Of a DNA stretch of 64,000 bases, positions 49,801-61,434 are shown in pieces. Positions within the stretch are counted from its first letter, which is position 1, and every line of letters starts with the position of its first letter. Where the stretch lies: positions 19,592,001 to 19,656,000 of the forward strand of contig JBHGNT010000002.1 in NCBI GenBank assembly GCA_043228905.1, given 5' to 3'. Position numbers and translations under genes: made by a program. Below the pieces are notes generated by a model. That model worked only from the letters and a program-made list of their open reading frames with translations, was not told where the DNA came from and did not search any database. Source of the stretch: Azolla caroliniana (Eukaryota > Plantae > Polypodiophyta).

Positions 49801-50185
49801 CAAAACCATATTCTTCGCGGAACGGGGAAATCGTACACATCCATACATGTTAGAGCCCATACCGTTATCTTCCATTCGAACCATTGCTTCCATGCGACTT
49901 AGCTCACATGCATTGCGATGTGAAACAGGGCGTTGGGGTACAAGTGATGAGAGTGGTCGGTTATGCGCACTTTGCCCTAAACAAGTTCGCGAGTCTGAGT
50001 ATCACACTTTGATACAATGCTCTGCCTTTGATCATATTCGACCATGCTTTACACATCTCTTCGATCGAGCCCAATCTTTGCATGAATTCCTCTCACAACC
50101 ACAATGTGCACTCTCGATTGCAACATTCATTGGTAAAGTTCTTGAACATCGAGAGTCACTACTCACTTTCACACATATCACGTGA
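46811..50185 (+). CDS. LINE ORF2 (APE endonuclease, reverse transcriptase, C-terminal CCHC), 1124 aa, non-ATG start
   Basis: FWNCNG, VETW, FGDMNAR, IDYVL, SDHRPL, WFDKEC, QAGFR, FVDFKKAFD, GVKQGCPLSP, YADDV, FKYLG and ETGRW...CALC...EYH...C. Confidence 0.95.
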   Translation: MIYETNPRLLRLCFWNCNGYPWNAGFGIEEFTDDSDITLLVETWEHDTQRIQGLGNYNVHSLIWKKNPRQRRGQGGVACLIKKEIEKYVSIIKNDENKCYIWLKIETPNDLPTFVVGCYIPHQDSNFYACLDKDQPFANLEDDIAYFKSKGEVIVFGDMNARTRSFQLDSQESFMPHISRMQEDMQMYNRSSSDEKDPDQFGKLLLQMCNSTGLLIANGISLWPNTNGFTCRKHNGNSVIDYVLLSECILDRIHKFSLGEWTPESDHRPLCIDLKCMHRFDCEKAIEDNKQPHLSMNLKRAPMYSKMVEDMLQMTKIQHGATLECKWEAFKKVILSCTNKCFSTNRTSWKCTKKLRKKWFDKECHEARKCLMVLDVVKDKENYQKHLHEYKRLIQRKRRIWEVTQQLIQTQEKAHACAKFWGNLKGKRVESYGDLTLHDLSMHCKNLYELSLAGKMMCYGSLSHMSPFFTIEDICIGLKKLASRKASDLQCIKAEMLKWTGKEAHIWISDMFNDALQHGMPYDWTTNWIKPLHKGGDINNVNNYRTIMVGSLMAKLFGCIMESKISVWAEKSGKRAYGQAGFRKHHSTIDHLITLRVLTEESRLRGKGLYCCFVDFKKAFDMVPREHLWRRMEELEVPSEYMLAISRIYEKVICCVRMRDKLSDFFKSTIGVKQGCPLSPTLFGLCIDELEEMVTKFVKEECVEEVAIGNVVIMLLLYADDVVLFANTLGDAQKLMKALEKFCMHTKLSVNSSKTKIMLVKSQKRDKPCIMYNNEPLECVESFKYLGLEVPSNHRWNECATRRLEAGKRAYYAFENTCNLGDIKCWVLKKYLFDTLVTPVLLYGVEVWGGSIPKSMWKEFENVQKHFLTKFLQVKKQTPYTLLLLETGSLPIEIMAMERVVEYMLKVQKSPSHRLPRIAWEASKKIQKTHKSKILCSGWMQDIEKWFGRWDARHLLHDASLDSSVNEAFLQRQCIMTWDKCGGSRFTHYTTHVAPNYKTIFFAERGNRTHPYMLEPIPLSSIRTIASMRLSSHALRCETGRWGTSDESGRLCALCPKQVRESEYHTLIQCSAFDHIRPCFTHLFDRAQSLHEFLSQPQCALSIATFIGKVLEHRESLLTFTHIT

Positions 50186-50506
50186 AATGTAATATTTTTG
50201 GTCTCATAGGTCATATTTGACCTCCGAAGACGATAATATAATCTATCTATCTATCTATCTCTCTCTCTTTCTCTCGCTCTCTCTCCCTCTCCCTCTCTCC
50301 CTCTCTCTCTCTCATACACACACACATAACTCACATCTCTTCCGCTTCACAAGAATCCATCTCTTGATTCTTTACATGTGCATACACTAAATCATAAGTC
50401 TATGTACATTCGGCTAGGCCAATTTGGAAAATTGAGCTAGATAAGAAGAGTTTGAGTCTTAAGAACACAAACATCCCCTTATAACTCAGCTGAAGTTCCA
50501 CCAAAT

Positions 50507-51379
50507 TGTTACGAGCATGACCATATAATATCCCGTGGTAAGAATTTACCGTAGTAATCTATACACGTGGATAAGTGTGAGGGTTAAATGAGAGTGTAAA
50601 GAATGGAGGATTACTTTTAATCCTAGGAATTGAGACAACCCATAAAGGCCAAGTGTGAAACTCTGGTTACTTCTAGGTTCTGGCGACAATACAGTTACGA
50701 CTGAAACTCTGGTTACTTCTGAAGAATTATCTTCTAAACCACATGTACCAGAAAGAATTCTCGATGTTAAAACAAAAAAATTACGTACTAAAGAAATCCG
50801 AGAATTTAAAATAAAATGGCTGGATAAATCAATAAAAGATGCCACATGGGAACGCGAAACTACTCTTAGAACTAACTTCCCTAACTTTCCATTGCAAGAG
50901 TGCAATGTTTTAAAGAGGGGGAGTATGTTACGAGCATGACCATATAATATCCCGTGGTAAGAATTTACCGTAGTAATCTATACACGTGGATAAGTGTGAG
51001 GGTTAAATGAGAGTGTAAAGAAGGGGAGGATTACTTTTATCCTCGGGATTGAGACAACCCATTAGGTCAAGTGTGAACTTGCCTGGGGGCCTTGGGTATC
51101 GCTATAAATAAGAGGCCTAGCTACCCTCATTTGATCATCTTTTGACTACATCGAGACTCTGCTCGTGTGGTGGGTCAACTCTTGTAGCGAGCGTGCCAGC
51201 ACCAGGTACGACTCGACGCCACGGCGGTGGTATGGGACGCCGATCGAGGCTCGAGTCCGTCTCGATCCCTTCGCTCGGGGGTGGTCGGGTGGATCGGCAC
51301 CCTTCTTTCTCTTTCTCCTTTCTATCTATCTTTTCATTATCCTTATCTTAAGCTTACGTTAGTACCAAGATCTATAATA
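50507..51379 (+). mobile_element. Internally deleted chromovirus (partial 5' LTR, chromodomain fragment, PPT, 3' LTR 50926-51379)
   Basis: TSD CAAAT at 50502-50506 and 51380-51384. About 150 bp at 50507 is repeated at 50926. Chromodomain PERILDVK...FKIKWLDKSIKDATWE. PPT AAGAGGGGGAGTA. Confidence 0.9.
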
Positions 51380-52989
51380 CAAATCAAGTGATAAGTGGTA
51401 ATATCAAAGACTCATTTGGACAAAATCAAGAACGATCAAGTCAATTTTTCAGTTTACCGTTTGGCTGTTTATAATGTTCGAATGTAGTTTTCCCTAGTGT
51501 AGAAGTCACGTATTGGATATATACAACATGTGGACTTCTCCAAATGCTTACCAAGTTTCTCACTTCATTTGTACAATTTGAATGGAAAATAAGAACCTTT
51601 GGAGGATTGCTCTAGGACATTTGGGGAAATTAAGAACTTACAACCATATTTTGACAAACATATGTAAGTGTGCATACACTAAATCATAAGTCTATGTACA
51701 TTCGACTAGGCCAATTTGGAAAACTGAGCTAGATAAGAAGAGTTTGAGTCTTAACAACACAAACATCCCCTTATAACTCAGCTGAAGTTCCACCAAATCA
51801 AGTGATAAGCGGTAATATCAAAAACTCTCATTTGGACAAAATCAAGAACGATCAAGTCAATTTTTCAGTTTACCGTTAAGTTGTTTATAATCTTGGAATA
51901 TAGTTTTCCCTAGTGTAGAAGTAACGTATTGGATATATACAACATGTGGACTTCTCCAAATGCTTACCAAGTTTCTCACTTCATTAGTACAATTTGAATG
52001 GAAAGAAAGAACCATTTTGTTACCCTTTCCACAAGGGGTGTTCAGAGGTGTTGTAAATAGATATTTCTTCGATGTAATTTCTCATACTAGGAGAAAAGAC
52101 ATGATGAATCCCTTCTCAATAATAAACAGTTCCCATGGGGGGGATCGGCGGGTGCCTCTTTTCACAACACTATAATGTTTTCTTGATTGATAGCAAATTA
52201 GCATTAAAGCATGACAATTTTTCCTTTGTAAATTTATTATCCCCTCTCAATATATCATAGAACATTCTGAATTGATAGCAATGAGCATTATTGTAGTAGT
52301 TGGATTTAAAAAAACAATAATTTTTTGATGAGAATGGGAAATTCCTATTGGGTAGGTATGCCACAACATTTTGGTGACCCACTTTTGAGGGGTTGTTTTG
52401 TCTCTATGTTAAAGAAAACAAGAGAAGTTCATCTAGGCCACACAATGAGTTAAACTTCCAAGTGGGTGATAGTGGCTGATATACCAAAGTCTAAGAGATT
52501 ATGGGGCAACATCCATGTATCAGATACCAACTATGTTATGCTTCAAGCGGCTAGTAGTGGAACATCTAAGAGATTAGATTTTCCAGGCTTTCTGAAAGAT
52601 TATTGAGGGAAGAGAAAAGAGAAATTTTTATTATACGATCAAGGAATACCTATATGCTCTTGCTATCTTGACTAATCTTAGTCATTGCAAAATGATATCT
52701 TATAGGCAAATTATATTTGATTCTTAGTTACGATTTTCATGTTTTCTACAAGATCTTTGTGGAGGAAGGGATGGAATTTCACATTTACTCCTAGAAACAC
52801 CCAAAAGATGCATATAAAATATAGAAATCATAGGGTGTATTTCACTACACATTCATTAGTGTCACAAAAGTGTAGGCTTACATCTGGTTGATGAAAAGAT
52901 GTCATGCATGTCAAAAGATCTTGGACTATTCTATCCTAGGAGCTTCCAAGGGAATTTTAATGTTTTAATATTCAAGTATTCTATCAAGG

Positions 52990-54870
52990 TGCTTCAAGGA
53001 CTTAAAAACAGTTCAGACTCTCTTAATTTGACATTGGAAGCACTGAGTCACGTATTTATGCACATTAGGGCGCATCTTAGGCCGGGAAAAAGTACTCGAG
53101 ATGAGAACGAGTGTGCATTTTTTTCCATGATGACCAGTAGATAGTGCATCATGACATTCATGAAGAATTTTCGGTTTTATGTTTGGTAAATTCTGGAACA
53201 CAGACCTTTCCACTATGGTAGAGCAAACTGTTTGTAATGTGAAAGGTCACCTTCGAGGGTAGGGTGCTAATAACGACATCTAAACCAGATTCGGCTTTTG
53301 TCCAGTATTTCGAGAAATAATTGTCATCAAGGTATTTCCCTCGAAGGTGATCTAAAAGATTAGATTTCATTTCAGTGAAGCTAAGCATGTTAACTTCTTT
53401 AATGCGACTAAGAGCATCCGCAACGGTGTTATTAGAACCCTTGCGATACCGTATGGAAAAATCAAAATGTTGCATAAGGTCAACTCAACAGCCTTTATGA
53501 TCAACAAGATCTGGCTGGTCACAAAAATACTTCAAGGATTGATGGTTCATTGTAACCACAAATTGATTTCCATAGACATAATGTCACCATGTTTTTAGTG
53601 CATGTATTACTGTGAACAACTCTTTCTTTTGAACCGAATACCAAGATTAAGTAGCATCAAGCTTTTTACTTTCAAAAGCGATAGGGTGATTGCCTTGATA
53701 AAGGACGACACAAATAGCATAATCACTAGCTCAGTTTCGATGGAGAAAGGCTTGGAAGGGTCTGGCAATAGAAGAGTGGGAGCTCGACACGCATGCTCTT
53801 TGAGTGTCTCAAATGATGTGTCAAGTTTTTCATTCCAGAAAATTGGTTTGACAAACTTGCGTGGATGACCTTTTAAAAGGTCAGTTAATGGTGTAGTCAA
53901 TTTGGAATAGTTACGGATTGATTTTCATAAAAATCCAACAAATCCTAAGAATGATCGAAGTTCACGAATATTATGAGGAATGGGCTAAAGTTTAACCTTT
54001 TCAATACGAGAAGGTTCAATTTCAACGCCATTTTCCGTAATTAAATGACCTAGGTACACAATAGATTTTTGGAAAAAATCACATTTTGAATGTTTTGCAT
54101 AGAAAGAGTTGTCACACAACTTTTGCAAAACAAATCGAACATGTTGAACATGATCTTGCAAGGTACAGCTATAGATGAGAATATCATCCAAGAAGACGAC
54201 AACAAAATCACCGAGTTGATCTCGGAAAACATCATTCATCACATGGAGCATTAGTCAACTTTAAAGGCATGACTAAAAACTAATAATGGCCATAGCTCTT
54301 ACAAAAAGCGGTTTCAAGAATATCGTCCTTCGCAATGCGAATTGATGATAACATGTTCGTAAGTCAATTTTCCTACAATATCGGGGCCCATGCAAACAAT
54401 AAATCAAATCATAGGCACGAGGTAACAGATATGCATTTTTTATTGTCATTTTATTCAAACGGTGATAATTGATACACATTGGCCATGAACCGTCCTTCTT
54501 CGTAACTAATAGAACTGGTGCACCCCAAGGTGATTTACTATACCTAATGTGGCCCATACTCAAGTATTCCTTAGGTTGTTTAGCAATCTCATCCTCTTCT
54601 AATTGACTAAGTCGATAAGGTGAAATGCTCACATGAATAACACCGGGGATGAGTTCAATCTGATGGTCCACATTACGTTTTGGTGGTAAAGTAACCGGTA
54701 ATTCGTTGGGAAACACATCTTGAAAATCATCTAAAATAGAGTCAAGTAATTGTCGTTCATAATGTGGTAATTGTGTGTCGTCAATATTAAAATAATAAAA
54801 TTGAAGTGTAAGATCAATTACACACGAATAAATTGATGAGCTACAATACTCACTTAAAGATTTGTAAGAC
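52990..54870 (-). pseudogene. Chromovirus/Tf2-type Gypsy pol remnant (RT, RNase H, integrase zinc finger)
   Basis: VDHQIELIPG, SPWGAPVLLV, KIDLRTCYHQ, VFLDDILIY, PDPSKPF, NTVADALSR and HECHDALSTGH...CFQCQ. Confidence 0.9.
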
Positions 54871-54871
54871 G

Positions 54872-55193
54872 TGTTAAGAATATGGTAATTAACTACTGGT
54901 TAATTAGTACCTAATTCTGTGATTAAGCTAAGCGAAAGATAATGTGATATGTGTGTGTGAGAGAGAGAGAAAGAGAGAGAGGAAGATACATTTATGAACA
55001 ACACAAGATGGGGGATGATTAACTCTATATTAAATTAGCATCATCGAAATACAAAAATACCTACAATGAGGTATATATAGATTTCATGTGCACTAGTGCA
55101 CATGTGTGAAAAGAATATACCTGTACAAGGGTGTAAGTCCTATATTAAATGTACTTGGGAGTGGAGGATCTACAATATCCCACTTAAGTACAA
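54872..55193 (-). mobile_element. Truncated LTR of the same family as 37579-37960
   Basis: The reverse complement aligns by eye with 37620-37960 and ends ...TTAACA. Cut off at about 55193. Confidence 0.75.
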
Positions 55194-55719
55194 CTTGTGG
55201 AAGGATCGCATTCACAAGTGGAAGGATCGCACATAAATGGAAGGATAAGGAATATTTTGATTGATTTTAGTACTTTTTCAATGATTTTACAAAACACATT
55301 GATACCAGTGTCATACATGTTCAAATATACTATGAAAAAGGTTAAAAATCCACTATTTTCATGATTTAGAAATAAATAAAAAAAGAGGAATTTCAAAAAG
55401 TTACATTCTCAATTTATATCATAAACTTTACAACCAATGTTATTTTATAAGAAACGATTTTTTAGAAATCATAAGAATTCAAAACACATGCTTTTATATT
55501 ACTCGATTTGTTACGAGCGGAATGTAGTTACACTTAATAGCCAAAAATACATTCATGATCACTCCTTTACGAAGAATCATCACTACTATAACTAACACAC
55601 AATGACGATTCCTCCTTGTCATCCTCGGATATACCAATCAATGCATTATCTTCGTCATAAACTAAATGGTTTGACTCTAGATTATGTGTTGCAGATCTCG
55701 TTTGCCTTTAACTCGAGCC

Positions 55720-58336
55720 ACCTTGTAGACCTGGTAATTTTTCTTTTATTATATCTATTGTTGACTTCCTTAATCGTCCCGTTGTTGTAAGCGTGAAGTC
55801 GTACGCGATGATATCCACATCAGAGATGTCAAGGGTCGAGGTGTTACAAATGTTTCACTTCCTCTTCTTACCTCCCCTTGTCGTTGGGCATTCAATCATC
55901 TCCAATGTATACTTACCCGTAAAAGCATTTGCATTTCTAGTGTTGTACCAATGAACTTTTATAGACTTGATCGTGTTTTCTATTTCATGCATTAGCACTT
56001 CTAGAATTTTACCAACCCAAAATTGGTGGCCATGTGAGTTCTCATCAGCAGGCGTTGCAATCAACATCCTGTCGCGAGCTCTTGCAAATTGCCTTGCCAT
56101 CTAGCTTCGGTTGCTTTGGTCATCCTTGGTCCCACATAAATGTCTCTTTGTTGTAGAGGAACCAAACTGTCATTAATCGCATTTGCTAGTTGCTCCAGAG
56201 TTTTATTTACACGATCATGTTGTAGCGACTATGTGAATAGCGTTTCCAAATTCCAATTATCACCAAATACACAATTGACTATAATTCCTTTTCTATCACT
56301 AAAAAATACGTCCCACCATGACGTGTCTTGTTGTGCGGCATATTTCTTTGCGGCTTTAATATGTTTTTTTTTTTCTTCTAAGGCTTGGAGCCATAATTGT
56401 TTTTGTTCCGATACCAAGTCACTATGCAACTGTCCTTTCTTCTCAATTGGCATTTGTTTAGCTGCATGGACAATTGTACTCAGCATACACAGTAATAACT
56501 AGCAACCACCTTCAAGTTCCCATGTTGTAGAAGATGAATATTGTTTAGCATACAAAAGCGTAGAACCGCTTATTTCATTTTTCTTTATCATAAAAATGTT
56601 ATTGACGCTTATATTGTTTAACTGGGCGAGCACTTTAACATTCCCAACACCCCCATCTGATATATATCTCTTAAAGTCATATACCTCCAAGTGTAACACT
56701 TTTGGGCGTGGTGCATATGTATTAGAAATGACATCAAATAGTTTTGGTAATGTGAAAGCATCATGCCGAGACAACTGTCTGGAGAATGTGCTAAACATCT
56801 GATCTATATGATCATGTGTGTGGCCAACCAAAAGAAAATTGATTTTCACTTTTCCAAACAATCCTTGGTTGACCAACATACTTAGATAGCCAAACACAGT
56901 TGAATTTTTGTTCTCTTTAGTAGTATTGTCCAATTGAATGTATAGAACTTGGGGGAACGGTTGGGCCCAAGACATCAAAACTCAGTGAATCATTGTAACT
57001 GTTAGGTTAGGGTCATTGTGAACATTGGGGTATGTAATGAAGACGTGAGGTCCAACAGACCTATTATAAGCCAAGCATCCCACCAAGTGCATTTGAACAA
57101 GGCACTCATCATTGATGTCTTTGGGGAGCCTCCGCATATGCGGCAAGCACGTCTTCTTCTGGTCCATGCCATCTATCATTAAGCACATGTATTGTTCGGG
57201 GCTCTTCAAACACTTCTCTCTATGATGCATCGCCTTCTTTCGTTCTAACGATTGTGCCTCGCGATGCTCCTGTAGTAACTTCTTACTCATATCCTTTTCC
57301 ATTTATGTCTTTGCACCTTTAGCCAAACTTTTAAGATTTGCACAAATGGAGCAATACCCCATGCGTACTTTACGCGGAATGATAACATTTGAAAACCGAG
57401 CTCTCCATAATCTTGTGAATTGGTTATATGTGACAGATTTATTACTTGAGCCCACCATATCTGATCGATAGACATCATAAACTTCCCGACGTGTGTAATT
57501 ATCAGAGAGGTACATCCTACCTGTAGTGGGCATTACTTCACAATTTAACTGAAAGTAACTTTTTATCCAACCTATAGCATGTCTTCCAATTGCACCTTTC
57601 ATACTAGGAACCTATTTACAATTGAGCATTTGATCCCCGCTAAGTAGACGTTGTTTTACTCTATGTAGCCGCATGTTACTAACACATAACGCAATTTTGA
57701 AGGCAACTCTATAGATCTGTTGCGCATGGAAGATATAATACTCGAATGATACTTTGATCCCCGTACATTTGTCAGACACTAGTTGCATATGTGACCCGAG
57801 GTAAGTTTCTTGCTCATCACCAATCATCGAAAAATAGTATCACCTTAATTCTCGCAACTTTGATTTTCCAATCATAGACATACAACCACAGGCACAACAT
57901 ATTTTGTTGACATCAAATCCAATCTGCTTATCTAATGTCACCAAGTTAAATCTGGCCAAACAAATTCTACGTGAGATTCTTCTAATATGCATAGGGCTTC
58001 CAGATTTCTCTTCCTGCATAGAAGTCGGGGTAACCTTGTTACAATCCAATTCTTTGTTGTCACCATTGCCCATGATCTTCGATGTTTCATTGGCACTACC
58101 TTCATTCTCCGTATCTTTATTAATATCGTATTCTTCAATAAAGAACTCTTCACATGTGTTTTAGGTGAAGATGAGCTCAGACAATACTCTTCGATAGAAA
58201 TGGGTGAGTCTGTCGAAAAACAATATTCTTCGATAGAAAATGGTGAGTCTCTCAACAGACAATACTCTTCGGTAGAAAACAAAGAGTCTGATGACAAACA
58301 ATATTCTTCAATCGAGAATGGTGAGTCTTCACTCAT
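55720..58336 (-). pseudogene. DDD-type transposase (Sola-like / DUF7869-like motifs), degenerate
   Basis: YCSICANLK...H Cys/His cluster, CLMIDGMDQKKTCLPH, LYIQLDNTTKENKN and FLLVGHTHDHIDQMFS. Spread over seven ORF fragments separated by stops and frameshifts. Confidence 0.75.
58182..58330 (-). repeat. Four 39-bp coding repeats (13 aa, SPFSIEEYCLSSD-like) at the transposase N-terminus
   Basis: CAATAYTCTTC unit starts at 58182, 58221, 58260 and 58299. Confidence 0.9.
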
Positions 58337-59166
58337 GGCTTAAGGTCCACATAGAGTTCTTCAAGTTATGTGCTTGGGCTAATATAAAAATTGATAAGCT
58401 CCTCTCTAAACATAAGCTCCCTCAATATAATGTCTATATTATTTAATTTTATATTAACACAATAAAGAAAGATATTATTTTTAATATAATAATTTTATTC
58501 AACATTTTAATAACTACTTAAACTAGTCAGTATAAAGTCCATCAATTATATTTTATACCTTATTAATCCTATAATATATAATTTAAATTAAATTTACTTT
58601 AGCCATCCAGTATAATATTACTAAATATATGGAGGCAAAAATATATAAGTTTAATCCCAATCATTACCAAGCCATATATATGTTGGTTTAAAGTTAAAAT
58701 TATTGGTTAACTAATGGCACCCATATTTAATATAGAACTTCTCAATCATTGGTTCATTCATGCCCACCATTTTAAATATAAGCCTTTTCAATCATTAGTT
58801 AATTCATGGCCACATCTTTAATACAAAACATTAGAGAGTCATAAAAATGTTGCTTTGAGTATTCAATCATTGGTTCATTCATGAACCTCTATCATTGTTT
58901 TATTTATGACCTTCAAAGGCAATCAAAAATATAAAATAATCATTAATATGTTAGTTTGAGTATTTAATCATTGATTCATTCATAAACATCATTTAATTAA
59001 AACCCATTAGAGAGTCATTGGTACATTCAAGATTATGTACTAAATAAAGTGTACTAAGGTCTAAGAAAAAAGTGTCGTAAGGTCAAAGAGCATGGTTAAG
59101 TAACTAACCTTAAGCTTACCACCATGGTTAAAGTAATTGTGGTTACTCTAACCATAGTGGTCAATT

Positions 59167-59178
59167 CCTATAAATAGG
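59167..59178 (+). promoter_or_regulatory. Probable TATA box of the methyltransferase gene
   Basis: CCTATAAATAGG upstream of an ATG at 59301 and a strong donor CAG/GTAAG at 59335/59336. Confidence 0.5.
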
Positions 59179-59300
59179 AAGACCCCCTAATTTCGCAATC
59201 ACTCACGCGCAGAACAAAGCACAAGAGCACAAAAAGCACACAGAGCCTAGAGCACGCATCACCAATCGTCATTTCCCCGTTAGCATCAACGACGAGAATC

Positions 59301-61434
59301 ATGTCTTCTAAGAAGAGCGAGCGCTAAGATTCCAGGTAAGCGTCTGGCTGTACGGACCTTTTTTGTAAATATGTTTTTAGCACTCAAGAACTCGATACAG
59401 GGTATCGAGTTCCTGTATAAAACCCCCACTTTAAACAAGAACTCAATATGGCATATTGAGTTACTGTATAAAACCCCCACTTTAAACAAGAACTCGATAC
59501 GGCGTATTGAGTTCCTATAAAAAGGGAGGTTTTCTAACAACAACTCGATACGGCGTATCGAGTTCTTGTTTAATGTGGGGGTTTTATATAGTAACTCGAT
59601 ATGCCGTATCGAGTTCCTGTTTAATAAGAGAGGAACTCGATACCAAGGTATCGAGTTCTTGTATAAAACCCTCTTTTTAAAAAGGAATATTGTGTCTTTG
59701 GGGGAACTTATTGATATATGTGTGAAAAGATACCAATTTTATGTCCAATTTGACATTTTTAGCGACATTTGCTACATTTTGTAACATTTAGCGCCCTTAT
59801 TGAAACAGGTTTTATGACCTATAATAACTTAAAATAATAGAAAATAACACACAAATTACCTTTATGATACCAAATTCAAATCTATCGTATTAAAATTCTC
59901 AACAATATGGGATATGGAATCAATATAAACCATACCTACCCTCCAATATAATACATATCCTTGTAAAATTATTAAGATATATAATAATTCGCAATAAAGG
60001 TCTATCATGTTCACAGAAACTATGATTGATATTTAGAGTTTAGCACAAGTCGCTTGCTAGTTTTTGTTTTGGCCTACTTATGTATATTTTAATAGGTAAC
60101 CTTAATCTAGGGAACCAACTAACTTATATTTTCGCACGTCCTTTCGTAAATAGGTTGTTTGAGAACTTGTCAGACCGACCTGTGAAGAAAATCAAGCTCC
60201 AAATTCAGGGCTCTCCAATTGAGACCTAGAAACAAATAGTTCCTCAGAACATGAAGAGAGGAAAAAAGCTTCTCTTCAACGAGGAGACAAAATCTCAACC
60301 ATTAGACGGAATTAGCCAAAAGGAAATGTTAGCTGCTACTGGTGGTGAGGACCTTCTTGACTGTGATCTAACAGACAAGGAATGGTGGACCTTCCTGACT
60401 GTGATCTAACGGACAAGGAATGGTGTATGCAGTACGTCGACTCCAAGAAAAAAGTTGATCTATATACGGCAAAGAAGAAGGGGGATGGTCAGCTTGAAAA
60501 AGACATTGCATTTATGTATGGCCATATTTTGCGATTTGACTACGAAGATTTAGATTAAGCTAACATTCTTGTAATGATAGAATGCTCGAAGGGGGTACGT
60601 AAAGTGTACCTTTCTGAAGATCGACTAGTAAAGGAATCTTGTGGGCCAGAATCTTTTAAAAAAGATCTACAAAGCTCACAAAATCTTATTGTCATCTTGA
60701 GGTCTTATATACAAGGCCATGTAACTCTAAGGGAGCCCTTTCCCTCCCCGATGAAGGCCACAAAAAGGGCATCTAAAGTGCAATCAAGACCAACAAAAAA
60801 GAAGACCACTAAAATGTCAGACTCCAACTCATCAAGCTCAACCAAAGATGAGGTCACTAGGGGGACTCCAGGTGTTCTGCTGGCATCTGGTGTGTTGTCA
60901 TACGAGCAGAATAAGATACGGAAAGGTGTACGAAATTGAGGAAGATGGCTCCTTCACAAAATTTAGCCACAAAAAGGATATTGCGAGAGATCTTTACTAC
61001 AACGTGGTTTGCGGCGATGTCGTTGACATGATCCAAAAAGTACTAAAGAAGGAATATACACTAATGATTGTTGATATTCCATACGGATTTCGAATGGCAG
61101 GGTCATCATACGATGATGAACCATTTAGGTTTAAACAATAAGAGAAGATGGTCAAGGATTTTGCTGAGCTAACGACTACATCCTTGTCGAGAATAGTTGT
61201 CTTTCATAGTATGGACCAAGGGTACTCGGTAGCTCAAGCTTTGAGATCTCGTTGCCATGGCATCGAGAACCTTGCATGGTAAGGATTATTTATAAGTCTC
61301 ATTCACTATATTGCCTTTCTTAATATTGTTCAGTCTATTCTTAACTCGATGCAATATTTGTGATAGGATAAAAACCAATGTCAATAGAGGGCCAACCTTT
61401 CGGTTCGTAAATGTCATTGAATACATTACGGTTG
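59301..61434 (+). pseudogene. Beta-class N6-adenine/N4-cytosine DNA methyltransferase gene, copy 1 (internally deleted, 3'-truncated)
   Basis: VVCGDVVDMIQKV...LMIVDIPYG...LAW/IKTN with a GT-AG intron at 61279-61366. Upstream exons are inferred (59301-59335 and 60154 onward). Homology to copy 2 stops at 61434. Confidence 0.75.
59388..59658. repeat. Array of six palindromes AACTCGATAC-N3-GTATCGAGTT at about 51-bp period
   Basis: Copies start at about 59388, 59439, 59490, 59541, 59592 and 59633. The spacers are related to each other and one is inverted. Confidence 0.9.

Larger units (their letters stand above)
45665..50260 (+). mobile_element. Apparently full-length LINE (RTEX-like by motif inspection) with an (ATCT)n tail
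   Basis: 5' UTR, two intact ORFs, short 3' UTR and (ATCT)5 at 50241-50260. Flanked on both sides by CT-rich microsatellite. The 5' boundary is approximate. Confidence 0.92.
55191..61434. mobile_element. Putative DNA transposon carrying a divergent transposase (-) and DNA methyltransferase (+); right part truncated
   Basis: Begins where the preceding LTR is cut, with GTGGAAGGATCGCA repeats. The same motif marks the start of the next, inverted MTase-bearing copy at 61444. Exact termini and TSD were not found. Confidence 0.6.

Noticed and set aside
59388-59658. CRISPR-like array (palindromic repeats with spacers of about 26 bp)
   Set aside because: The spacers are copies or inversions of each other, there are no cas genes, and the context is a eukaryotic intron.
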